This document shows positions 1 to 8,394 of a stretch of 64,000 nucleotides of DNA, in pieces. A program made the position numbers and the translations under genes. The notes beneath the pieces were generated by a model. It saw only the letters and a program-made list of their open reading frames with translations. It was not told where the DNA came from and ran no database searches. The stretch's first letter is position 1. Each line of letters starts with the position of its first letter. The stretch is from an uncultured Solirubrobacterales bacterium (lineage in GTDB: Bacteria; Actinomycetota; Thermoleophilia; Solirubrobacterales; Solirubrobacteraceae): contig OY969723.1 of the NCBI GenBank assembly GCA_963702185.1, forward strand, positions 742,075-806,074, written 5' to 3'.

Positions 1-966
1 CGCGACGCCGGTGTGCTGGTACTCGGGCTTGACGCCCAAAAAGCCAACCCGCACCCGGGTCATGATGTGGCGCCGGCGCAGGAAGTGCCACCAGCCCAGC
101 GGCAACAGGCGACCTTTCATCTTCGCCAGTACCTGGTTCAGGTCGGGGACGGTGATCGCCATGCCCACAACCTCGCCGGTGTCTTCGCGTTCGGCGATCA
201 TGAACCAGTGGGAATCGAAAGCCAGGTGCATGTCCATCGTGTAGGCGTCGAGATCCTTCTTGGAGTAGGGCACGAAGTCCCAGTTGTCCTTCCACGCCGA
301 GTTGTAGATCTCCGCGAACGCGTCCATGTCTTTGCGCAGCTGCCGGCGGCGCATCGGCCGCACGCGGATGCCGTGCTCCGATTGGGCCTTCTCGGCCAGC
401 TCCCAGATCACCGGCATCACCTGGTCGCGGTTTTGGACCTCCAGTTTCCACATCCACACGTCCATCGCCTTGGTCAGCCCAGCCTGCTCGGCACGCTCTG
501 CGTAGTAGGGCGGATTCCACGGCTCCAGGATCATCGGCCGCAGGTCATACCCCTCGACCAGGATGCCGCACTCGTCGTTCATCGTCAGGCTCGCCGGGCC
601 GACCATCCGCTCCATCCCGCGTCCCCGCAGCCAGGCCGCGGCGGCGTGCAGCAGCGCGTCTAGCACCTCCTGGTCGTCCTCGAACTCCAGAAAGCCAAAC
701 CACCCCCAGCGGCTGTCGTGCTGATCGTTGAACGCCTCGTTGACCTGCGCGCTGATCCGCCCGACCACACGGCCGTCGCGCCGGGCCAGGAAGTACTCGC
801 CCTCGCCGTGCGTGAAAAACGGGTTCATGCGGCGACTCAGGTACATCCGTCGCTCCAACCTCAGCGGCGGCACCCACAACGGGTGGTTAGCATGCACCCG
901 GAACGGCACGTCGATGAACGCTTTCGTGTCTCTGAAGCCAGAGACGGGTGTGACCTCGACGCTCAC
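1..966 (-). CDS. GNAT-fold N-acyltransferase (N-terminal ~320 aa; 3' end runs off the window start)
   Basis: Absent from the ORF track because it is edge-truncated. My translation of the minus strand from GTG at 964-966 gives VSVEVTPVSGFRDTKAFIDVPFRVHANHPLWVPPL ... AITVPDLNQVLAKMKGRLLPLGWWHFLRRRHIMTRVRVGFLGVKPEYQHTGVA with no stops. This is the pattern of the ~390-aa GNAT family with an N-terminal WVPPL region and an LGV.PEYQ..G acyl-CoA site. Confidence 0.7.
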   Translation of the reverse strand, partial: MSVEVTPVSGFRDTKAFIDVPFRVHANHPLWVPPLRLERRMYLSRRMNPFFTHGEGEYFLARRDGRVVGRISAQVNEAFNDQHDSRWGWFGFLEFEDDQEVLDALLHAAAAWLRGRGMERMVGPASLTMNDECGILVEGYDLRPMILEPWNPPYYAERAEQAGLTKAMDVWMWKLEVQNRDQVMPVIWELAEKAQSEHGIRVRPMRRRQLRKDMDAFAEIYNSAWKDNWDFVPYSKKDLDAYTMDMHLAFDSHWFMIAEREDTGEVVGMAITVPDLNQVLAKMKGRLLPLGWWHFLRRRHIMTRVRVGFLGVKPEYQHTGVA

Positions 967-980
967 CGCGCGCACCCTAC

Positions 981-2423
981 ATGTCCCCTCCGACCGACGC
1001 TCCCTCGCCATCCGGGCCCACTGGCCCGCCTGCTCCCCCGGGTTCCACCGAGGCCGCCGGCTCCTCCCTCACAAGCCCTCCGAGCGCGACACCGCCCGAC
1101 CTGTTCGCCAAGGTCCGCGGCCACGAACGCGAAGCGATCCTCGACGCGGCGCGCGCGGCCGACGTGCTGCCCTACTTCCACGTCCTCACCTCCCCGGCGA
1201 TGCCGGTCGTGGAGATGGAGGGCGCGCGGCGGATCATGCTCGGCTCGAACAACTATCTCGGGCTGACCGGCGACGAGCGGGTGCTCAAAGGAGCCGAGGA
1301 TGCCTTGCACCGCTACGGCACCGGCCTGACCGGCTCGCGGTTCTTGAACGGCACGATCCCGCTGCACCTGGAACTGGAGGCCGAGATCGCGCAGTGGCTG
1401 GACACCGAGGACGCGATCGTGTTCACGACCGGCCATCAGGCCAACCTGGGCACACTGGGAACGCTGCTCGCGCCCGGCGACACCGTCATCGCCGACTCGG
1501 GCGATCACGCCTCGATCCTCGACGGCTGCCTGCTCTCGCGCGCCAAGCTGCGGCCGTTTCGTCACGGCCGCCTGGACAAGCTCGAGCGGGCTCTGGAGCG
1601 CGCGCGCGGCGACGGTGGCGGGGTGCTGGTCGTCGTGGACGGGGTGTTCTCGATGGAGGGCGACATCGCGCCGCTGCGCGAGATCTGCGAGCTGTGCGAG
1701 CGCTATGGCGCGCGGCTGATGGTCGACGAGGCCCACGGCGCGGGCGTGCTCGGCGCGCGCGGAGCGGGCACTGCGGAGCTGCTGGGAGTCGAGGATCGCG
1801 CCGACCTGCGCATGGGCACGTTCTCCAAGTCGCTCGCCTCCTGCGGCGGCTTCGTCGCCGGCTCGGCCGAGGTGATCGAGTACCTGCGCCTGTACTCGCG
1901 CCCGTTCCTGTTCACCGCCTCCGCGGTCCCGGCGGCGCTGGGAGCGGCGCTCGAGGCGCTGCGCATCGTGCGCTCCCCCGAGGGGCCGCCGCTGCTCGCG
2001 CGCGTGCTGGCCAACGCATGGCGTCTGCGCGACGGGCTGCACGAGTTGGGGTTCGCGGTCGTGACCCCACAGGCATTGCCCGCCGACGTGAGTCCGTCCG
2101 TACCCGGAGTCATCGCCGCGGAGACCGCCGGCGGGCAGCCTGCCAGCCCGCCGCCAACGATCGTCACCCCGATCGTGCCCGTGCTGGTCGGCGACGATTG
2201 GAAGGCGGCGCTGCTGTGGAAGGCGCTGTACGACGAGGGCGTGTTCGTCAACACCGCCCTGCACCCGGCCGTGCCGCCGGGAGGGGCGCTGCTGCGCACA
2301 AGCGTGATGGCCACCCACGACGAGGCCACGCTCGACCACGCCCTCGCAGCGTTCGCGCGCGTCAAGCGCTCGTTTGAGGCCGAGCACGGGCCGCTGCCTG
2401 GACCGGACGACGCCGAGAGCTGA
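981..2423 (+). CDS. PLP-dependent alpha-oxoamine synthase family enzyme (KBL/BioF/serine-palmitoyltransferase-like paralog, not the biotin-locus BioF)
   Basis: 480-aa ORF. Motifs: GSNNYLGL, TGHQANLG, DEAHGAGVLG, and GTFSKSL (PLP lysine). It has a Pro/Ser-rich ~40-aa N-terminal extension and an internal insertion (ALPADVSPSVPGVIAAETAGGQPASPPPTIV). Confidence 0.85.
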   Translation: MSPPTDAPSPSGPTGPPAPPGSTEAAGSSLTSPPSATPPDLFAKVRGHEREAILDAARAADVLPYFHVLTSPAMPVVEMEGARRIMLGSNNYLGLTGDERVLKGAEDALHRYGTGLTGSRFLNGTIPLHLELEAEIAQWLDTEDAIVFTTGHQANLGTLGTLLAPGDTVIADSGDHASILDGCLLSRAKLRPFRHGRLDKLERALERARGDGGGVLVVVDGVFSMEGDIAPLREICELCERYGARLMVDEAHGAGVLGARGAGTAELLGVEDRADLRMGTFSKSLASCGGFVAGSAEVIEYLRLYSRPFLFTASAVPAALGAALEALRIVRSPEGPPLLARVLANAWRLRDGLHELGFAVVTPQALPADVSPSVPGVIAAETAGGQPASPPPTIVTPIVPVLVGDDWKAALLWKALYDEGVFVNTALHPAVPPGGALLRTSVMATHDEATLDHALAAFARVKRSFEAEHGPLPGPDDAES

Positions 2424-2537
2424 GTCGCCGCACACAGGGATCGTCCGTCGCCGGCCCGTCCCAACTTGTGCAATTCTTCACAAGTCCTTCGCGACACGAA
2501 AAAGTCGCTTCTAGCGCACGAACCGTGCACGCCACTG

Positions 2538-2566
2538 TTGACCGCGGGCGTTTGTCGGGCTAGCGT
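2538..2566 (+). promoter_or_regulatory. Candidate sigma-70-type promoter (TTGACC-17 nt-TAGCGT) for the mIHF-like gene
   Basis: TTGACC at 2538-2543, 17-nt spacer, TAGCGT (TANNNT) at 2561-2566. It lies ~215 nt upstream of the ATG at 2783. Confidence 0.3.
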
Positions 2567-2782
2567 GCTAATGCGCTCTGGACGACCGTTCGGGATCCGC
2601 AACCCGACGGACACAACGCCACCGGGAGGGCCCTCAGGTCAGAGGGCGGTGGCATTGCCACAACCGGCTTTCGCGAGCCTGCTCGCAAGCGGTCGTGGAC
2701 GGCCGCGATGAGCGCACAAGTCAAGAACATCCAGGATCGATAGTCGCCCCGCCGGCGCGGTGGCGACGGGGAGAAGCTCACC

Positions 2783-3202
2783 ATGAACGCGACCGCGACG
2801 ATTGCCCCTGCACCTGCACGTGCTACAGCCTCAACGCCCGCCGCCCCCCCCTACCCGCAGTACATGCGGGCGCTGCAGCGCGCCAACAAGGTGCGCCTCG
2901 CACGTGCCGAACTCAAGCGCAGGGTCGCGACCGGCGAGGTCGACGTCGTCGAGGTGCTGCAGCACTGCCCGTGGGAGGCGGAGTCGATGGCCGTCGCCGA
3001 TCTGCTCGTCAGCCAGCGCCGCTGGGGCCAGACACGCTGCCGCAAGTTCCTCGCCCAGGTCCCGATGTCCGAGAAGAAGACGATCGGCTCGATGACCGAC
3101 CGCCAGCGCCATACGCTCGTCGCCCTGCTGCGCGGCGCAAATGCCTACACCCTGCGCGACCTGCGCCGCGCCAACCAGTACGACGTGTGGATGAATGGGT
3201 GA
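2783..3202 (+). CDS. Actinobacterial integration host factor (mIHF)-like DNA-binding protein with an Ala/Pro-rich N-terminal extension
   Basis: 139 aa. The segment RANKVRLARAELKRRVATGEVDVVEVL ... MAVADLLVSQRRWGQTRCRKFLAQV ... IGSMTDRQRHTLVALL parallels the mIHF pattern (RARAELK..LK.G...L..VL ... V..LL.ALP.VGK.KA..IM ... LG.RQR..LL). Confidence 0.65.
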   Translation: MNATATIAPAPARATASTPAAPPYPQYMRALQRANKVRLARAELKRRVATGEVDVVEVLQHCPWEAESMAVADLLVSQRRWGQTRCRKFLAQVPMSEKKTIGSMTDRQRHTLVALLRGANAYTLRDLRRANQYDVWMNG

Positions 3203-3213
3203 GTGGGTGAAAC

Positions 3214-3335
3214 GGGTCACGCCGCACGGCGTGACCCTTGACCGATCGAACCCCACCCGCCTAGGGGTCACGCGAAAGCGTGGTCCCGGACTGACTGCAC
3301 CCCACCCGACCGGGGTCACGCGAAAGCGTGACCCC
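3214..3335. repeat. Array of three related stem-loops (GGGTCACGC-loop-GCGTGACCC) between convergent genes
   Basis: Hairpins at 3214-3237 (gggtcacgccg/cggcgtgaccc), 3264-3287 (ggggtcacgc-gaaa-gcgtggtccc) and 3312-3335 (ggggtcacgc-gaaa-gcgtgacccc). Copies 2 and 3 sit in a ~48-nt direct repeat that also includes ccccacccg. The last hairpin touches the stop codon of the 3335-3862 gene. Confidence 0.8.
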
Positions 3336-3862
3336 TAGCCTAAGGGACAGCCAGAGGAAAGCTTGACCTGCCACCAGCCGGCCAGCATGCCCAGCAGACC
3401 GAGACGGGGACGAACCTCCCACACTCCACAGCTGCCTTCGCCGAGATCGCGAACGGGCAAGCGCACGAACTTGTAGCGGCCCGGTTCCAAACGCATCCGC
3501 TCCAGCAGCTCACGCGAGCCGCGCTCGAACTCGGCGCGCTCGGCCCTTCTACGCCGCGCCAGTTTCAGTTCGCCGGCAAGCTCGTCGCGGGTGCACTCCA
3601 ACTGTCCCAGATCGAGCAGACTGGGAGCGCCGGCGCTTGCGCGAGGGCTTTGGGCATGGGAACGGGCGCCGGCACGCCCACCAGCACCGCGAGGCACTCC
3701 CGCCATCGACGCGACGTGCGGAAATCCATCGGCGACCAGCTGCGCCAACTCACGCTCGAGCCTGGCGACCTGCAGACGCAGGGCCCGTCGTGCGGCGCGC
3801 TCGTCCGTCTGCACGCTCGCGTCATGCCCGACATGATCAACGGTCAGCTGCACCGATGGCAC
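3335..3862 (-). CDS. Hypothetical protein (coiled-coil N-terminus; Cys/Trp-rich C-terminal motif)
   Basis: 175-aa ORF. It has Arg/Glu/Leu heptad-like stretches and the C-terminal sequence SCGVWEVRPRLGLLGMLAGWWQVKLSSGCP. I recognise no family. Confidence 0.45.
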   Translation of the reverse strand: MPSVQLTVDHVGHDASVQTDERAARRALRLQVARLERELAQLVADGFPHVASMAGVPRGAGGRAGARSHAQSPRASAGAPSLLDLGQLECTRDELAGELKLARRRRAERAEFERGSRELLERMRLEPGRYKFVRLPVRDLGEGSCGVWEVRPRLGLLGMLAGWWQVKLSSGCPLG

Positions 3863-3910
3863 TCCTCCCAGGAGGTTGGAACCGGCTCAAGTTTACCAGC
3901 GTCCCAGCGC

Positions 3911-4579
3911 CTAGCGCATCCGCTGCAGGCTGTGGCGGACGCTCCACAGCGCCTCCTCGACGTACAGCGTCGGCACGCCGGAGACCTGTACCGCGAACAG
4001 CTGCAGCTCGCGCGTGCGCCCGGTCGGCCGGCACTCGCCCGCCATCTCCCCGAACAGCAACCCCACCGCGACCGTCGCATCGGCCACCACCAGCCGTCCC
4101 GCCGGCAGCGACCAGGCGTCGTGTGCGCGACCCAGCGGCTCGGCCTCGCGGCTGAGGCGCAGTCCGAGCTCGCCCTGCACCGCGCCGGCGTCGATCGCCC
4201 ACACCGGCACGCCGGTGTCGATCAGCGCTATCAGCAGCACGTCTCCCAGCAATCCGTCCGACAGGAACCCGCCGCGCAGCATCCGCTCGAGCACCGCCGC
4301 CTCGATCGGCGTACGCGCGAGATCCGGGTCGAGGCCGATCTGACGGAAGAACACGCGATAGGCCGAGGGCACCGGTTCGCGGCGCACACCCACGGCGTGG
4401 GCGCCCTTGTAGCGGTTGGACATGCCCTCCAGACGGCGCATCACGCTGTCCGGCGAGCGGGCTCCGATCAATCCGGGGCGCGACAGCCGCGCGTGCGAGC
4501 GCAACAGACGCAGTTGCGGCAGCTCGTCCTGGACCTCCGCGTCACACCAGCCCAGCTTCGGCGCGTATGTCTCGATCAT
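3911..4579 (-). CDS. B3/B4 tRNA-binding-domain protein (PheT B3/4-like, COG3382-type)
   Basis: Start trimmed to ATG at 4579 (MIETYAPKLGW...). YRVFFRQIGLDPD..RTPIEAAVLERML and LIALIDTGVPVWAID are typical of stand-alone B3/4 domain proteins. Confidence 0.6.
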   Translation of the reverse strand: MIETYAPKLGWCDAEVQDELPQLRLLRSHARLSRPGLIGARSPDSVMRRLEGMSNRYKGAHAVGVRREPVPSAYRVFFRQIGLDPDLARTPIEAAVLERMLRGGFLSDGLLGDVLLIALIDTGVPVWAIDAGAVQGELGLRLSREAEPLGRAHDAWSLPAGRLVVADATVAVGLLFGEMAGECRPTGRTRELQLFAVQVSGVPTLYVEEALWSVRHSLQRMR

Positions 4580-4592
4580 GTGCGCCCCGCAA

Positions 4593-5447
4593 TCATGACA
4601 ACCCGCGCCCGGACGCTCGCTCGCGCGATCGCGCGCCCACGACTCCCACGCCCGTGACACCTCCCGTAGAAGCTCGCTCCCACGACTCCCGCACCTGTGA
4701 CACACTCGCCGTCGAAGCGTGCATCCGCGACTCCCGCGCCCGTGATGCGGCCACCAGCGCGGCCACGCGAGCCCGGAGCGTCGTCGGTGAGGGGGTGCTG
4801 AGCAGCGCCGGGCTTTGCACGACTCCGCCCGGCAGCACGAAGCTGACCTGCGGACAGGTCGCGAGCTTGTACAGTCCGGCGAGCGTACCTTCCTCGTCGA
4901 ACCCGACCTGTACGCGTGTCAGCCCGTGGGCGCGCATCAGCGCCAGCAGCGGGCCCCGTTCGCCTTTGAGCGCCACCGCGGCGAACCCCACCTGGGGGAA
5001 CCGTGCCGCCAGCGCCTGCATCTCGTCGAGCACCTGTGGGCAGGAGCCGGCGTCGATGAACAGCGCCAGCACCACCGGTCCGCGCTCATAGAGCTCGCAC
5101 ATGTTCAGGATCTGCGCGCCGCGCTCGGCGCACGCCGGCACGCGTCCGGCCGCGCCGTCGTTGACGTGCGTGGCGACGTCGGCTGCGCCCGTCAGCGTTC
5201 CTCGCGCCAGCGGAACCGCGAACGGCGGCACCGTGTGGCCCGGGGCTACGCCCGCGACTTCGTCCGAGCCTCTCAGCTCGCTGTTGATCGCGACCACCAC
5301 CAGGATCGCGACCGCCAGCACACCCAGGTAACGACCGTAGGAGCGCCGCGGGGCCGCGCCGCGCGCCGTCGCACCGCCGGCGTCCTCTCGGCCGGGCTTC
5401 GACCGAGCCGTTTGGGCGCGGACCGGTTCTGACTCAGACCGGTTCAT
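4593..5447 (-). CDS. Membrane-anchored thioredoxin-fold (TlpA/redoxin-like) protein with an atypical active site
   Basis: Start chosen at ATG 5447 (MNRSESEP...), which overlaps the MMPL stop by 14 nt. It has one TM helix (YLGVLAVAILVVVAI) followed by a redoxin-like core (PVVLALFIDAGSCPQVLDEMQALAARFPQVGFAAVAL). The usual CxxC reads SCPQ. Confidence 0.5.
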   Translation of the reverse strand: MNRSESEPVRAQTARSKPGREDAGGATARGAAPRRSYGRYLGVLAVAILVVVAINSELRGSDEVAGVAPGHTVPPFAVPLARGTLTGAADVATHVNDGAAGRVPACAERGAQILNMCELYERGPVVLALFIDAGSCPQVLDEMQALAARFPQVGFAAVALKGERGPLLALMRAHGLTRVQVGFDEEGTLAGLYKLATCPQVSFVLPGGVVQSPALLSTPSPTTLRARVAALVAASRARESRMHASTASVSQVRESWERASTGGVTGVGVVGARSRERASGRGLS

Positions 5448-8349
5448 GACCCGCCCGCCCGCGCATAAGCCTGCGCGCAAGCGGTGCGGTCGCGTCCGCC
5501 ACTACCAACCGCACCCCCCGCTCGGACAGCATTACCGTCGCCGGCAGCGCCACCAGCACGCCCACGAGCGTGACGCTCAAATCGATCAGGGTCACGAGGC
5601 CGAAGTCGCGCAGCATCGCGATGTCGGAGACCACCAGCACACCGAACCCCGCGATCGCGGTCGCGCCGGAGGCGGCCACGGCCGCGCCGGTGTGGCGATA
5701 GGTCAGCGCCAGCGCTCGCGCCGCGTCGTGCCCGGCCGCACGCTCCTGGCGGTAGCGCTCGGCCAGCAGCACGCTGAACTCGGTGGCGATCGCGATCACC
5801 AGCACGCCCAGCGTGACCGACATCGGGTTCAGCGGAACCCGTACCGCGAACAGCACGAGCGCCGACCAACCGCTGGCCAGCACGACCGGGATCAGCGGCG
5901 CCAGCACGCGCCGCGCCTGCGCCCTGAACGCGATGCTCAGCACCAGCGCGACGGCCACCAACCCCAGCAACAACATCTCGATACGCCGCCACGGCGAGGC
6001 GACCTGAGCGCCTGCCTGGGCCGCCAGCACGGGCAGGCCGACGAGCTGCGCGCTCACTCCCCGCGGCGGGTGCAGAGCCGCACGCATCGCTTCGATCACG
6101 CGCTGCTGTTCCTCCAGGCCCATCAACTTGATGCCGAACGCGAGCGTCGCGACGCGATGATCGGGCGCGATCACCTCCTGAGAGAAGTACGGCGGGATCG
6201 CGTGCAGCAGCGCCCGTACCTGCGCGCTCGTCAGCTTCGTCTTAGGGGCGCTATGGGCGCCGGAGGCCGAGGTGGCGCCAGTGGCCGGGGTGGCGCCGGT
6301 GGACGAGTCCGCGCCGGCGCCCGAGGCCGCAGACATGCCTTCGCCGCCGAACAGGTCTGGCAGCGAGAACGCCGGGCACAGCTTGGCGTGTCCGCATCCG
6401 CGCGTGCTCGTGTAGCCGAACCGGCGCAGCATCGCGCTCTCGTACGCGCTCATCCATTCGATCGTCTTCGGCGCGGTCACGTTCGCCCCCCCGACCATCA
6501 GATCGATTTCCCCGCCCACGCCGCTGAGCCGCTCGAGCGTGTTCAGGTTGTGCAGCGCCGCGGTGTTCTGGGGCACGAGCTTGGTCAGATCGGTCTGCAC
6601 CGGGGTCTGCGTGCCCAAGCCCCAACCGAGCACGGCGAGCACGAGCCCGACCGCGAGCACACGTCCGGGACGGCGCACGGCGGTCCCAAGCGCCAATCGA
6701 GAGACGCCGCGCACGATCGGGTTGTCGATGAGCAGCTCGCGCGCGCCCCGCCAGGCGGGGGCCAGGCGCTGGGATAGCCCGCGCTGGATGTCGTGTGCCT
6801 GAACGGACAACACGCGCGCGCGCGTACGCGCGCGCGCGTTCAACGTCTTTTGAGCACCCTCTCCCACAGCCCCGACCGTCTTTTGAGCACCCTCTCCCGC
6901 GATCCGAAGCCCTGCCGGCCCCTCCCCCGTACCGACCCCCGCTGCAGCGCCGAACCCGGCTCCCGCACCCCCGGCCAGCACCAGCGCCGCCGAGCCGGCC
7001 GTCAGCGCGCAGGCGAACGCGATCGCGATCCCAACCGCCAGCAACACGGCGAACCCGCCCACCATCGGCACCGGCGAGGTCAGCAGCACGAGCGTCGCCG
7101 CCACGCCCGCGAGCACCGCCGCCCCGATCGTGGGACCGGCGAGCCCCGCGGCGTCTGTAACCGCGGCACGCCGATCGCGCGCGCCGCCACCAGCCGCCAG
7201 CAACTCACCCGCGCGCGACTGCAGCTGGATCGCGTAATCGACAGCCAGGCCGATCAGCACCGGCAGCACAGCCACCTGAGCGACGCTCAGCGCCGGCGCC
7301 ACGAGCGCGAGCGCGCCGAACGTGAGCGCGCAGGCCAGCAGTGCGCTCAACAGCGGCAAAAGCCGCGGGCGACCGCGAAACAGCAGGCCGAGGACGATCG
7401 CCATCGCCAGCAGCGCGACGGCGGCGAGCAGCTCGATCGAGTGGCTGATCGAGCCCGTCAGCTCCGAGACGATCGCGGGCTCGCCGGTGATCTCATAAGA
7501 CTCGCCGTGCGCCAGTCGCCACTGTGGCATCGCCACCGCCCGTTCGATCGCGGCGATTGTGCGGTCGCGCGCCGCTTCGGAGAGGCCGGCACGCATGCGC
7601 ACGGAGATGAGCGCCGCGTTCGGGCTGGGGAACAGGTAGGCGAAGCGCTGCTTGGGGGTGCCGGCCGGCTTGGCCGAGTCGAACACGAGCGTCGAGACGA
7701 AGTTGGGATTTTCAAGGCCGGGCTTCGAGGTCAGTCCGTACTGCAGCGCCAGTGCAGCGATGCCCTCCTGAAACCGTGCGATCGTGATCGAGTGGGCCTG
7801 GCGCCCCAGTTCGGCGGCCTGTGTGGCGGAGCGTCCGCGGGCGAGCGCGGCACGGGTGACGAGCCGCTGCGCTTCGCGCGCCTGGGCTTCGGCCTGGCTG
7901 GACTGCGCGCTCAGCTGCTCGTCGATCTGTTCGGCCGCCTCGTTGACGAACGTGCCCGGCCCCAGCACGACCTTGACCGTGTGCAGGCGGGCGAGCTGGC
8001 CGCATGGCCCGTTCAGCCCCCCCTCGGAACCGAGCGCCTTGACCGGCACGTTGCCCGACAGGCAGCCCTCCAATCCGACGAGCCGCTCGATGTCCGAGCT
8101 GAGCAGCAGCTGCTGCAGGTTGCCGAGCACAACCACATCGACGGGCTCTTCGCCGAAGTTCGCGTAGTAGCGCTGCGTGGCCCGGTATTGAGGGCTCGAG
8201 CTCGACACGAACGTGCTCGTGGCGGCGCTCGGGCTGAGTCCCGACGCCAGCGCCACCGCCGCGATCCCGAGCGTCGCCGCGATCCCGAGCGTCAGCCTGG
8301 GGCGGCGCACGGCCCGGGCGACCGCGGCGCTGAACAATCGGGCGGTCAT
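5434..8349 (-). CDS. MMPL/RND-superfamily membrane transporter
   Basis: 971 aa. It has two blocks of multiple TM helices, each preceded by a large soluble loop. The N-terminus is MMPL-like (FVSSSSPQYRATQRYYANFGEEPVDVVV). The inter-half linker is low complexity with an 11-aa repeat (GEGAQKT..), encoded by a 22-nt direct repeat at 6844-6865 and 6877-6898. Confidence 0.8.
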   Translation of the reverse strand: MTARLFSAAVARAVRRPRLTLGIAATLGIAAVALASGLSPSAATSTFVSSSSPQYRATQRYYANFGEEPVDVVVLGNLQQLLLSSDIERLVGLEGCLSGNVPVKALGSEGGLNGPCGQLARLHTVKVVLGPGTFVNEAAEQIDEQLSAQSSQAEAQAREAQRLVTRAALARGRSATQAAELGRQAHSITIARFQEGIAALALQYGLTSKPGLENPNFVSTLVFDSAKPAGTPKQRFAYLFPSPNAALISVRMRAGLSEAARDRTIAAIERAVAMPQWRLAHGESYEITGEPAIVSELTGSISHSIELLAAVALLAMAIVLGLLFRGRPRLLPLLSALLACALTFGALALVAPALSVAQVAVLPVLIGLAVDYAIQLQSRAGELLAAGGGARDRRAAVTDAAGLAGPTIGAAVLAGVAATLVLLTSPVPMVGGFAVLLAVGIAIAFACALTAGSAALVLAGGAGAGFGAAAGVGTGEGPAGLRIAGEGAQKTVGAVGEGAQKTLNARARTRARVLSVQAHDIQRGLSQRLAPAWRGARELLIDNPIVRGVSRLALGTAVRRPGRVLAVGLVLAVLGWGLGTQTPVQTDLTKLVPQNTAALHNLNTLERLSGVGGEIDLMVGGANVTAPKTIEWMSAYESAMLRRFGYTSTRGCGHAKLCPAFSLPDLFGGEGMSAASGAGADSSTGATPATGATSASGAHSAPKTKLTSAQVRALLHAIPPYFSQEVIAPDHRVATLAFGIKLMGLEEQQRVIEAMRAALHPPRGVSAQLVGLPVLAAQAGAQVASPWRRIEMLLLGLVAVALVLSIAFRAQARRVLAPLIPVVLASGWSALVLFAVRVPLNPMSVTLGVLVIAIATEFSVLLAERYRQERAAGHDAARALALTYRHTGAAVAASGATAIAGFGVLVVSDIAMLRDFGLVTLIDLSVTLVGVLVALPATVMLSERGVRLVVADATAPLARRLMRGRAGHEPV

Positions 8350-8394
8350 AGTCTCAGGCGCGAGCAGGCGACGAGCGCCGCCGGTGGCGCACGC

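Noticed and set aside
728-2435. Overlapping ORFs 728-2377 (+), 963-2435 (-) and 1703-2614 (-).
   Set aside because: They are alternative-frame or antisense shadows of the GNAT and alpha-oxoamine synthase genes, with Arg/Ala/Gly-rich translations and no motifs.
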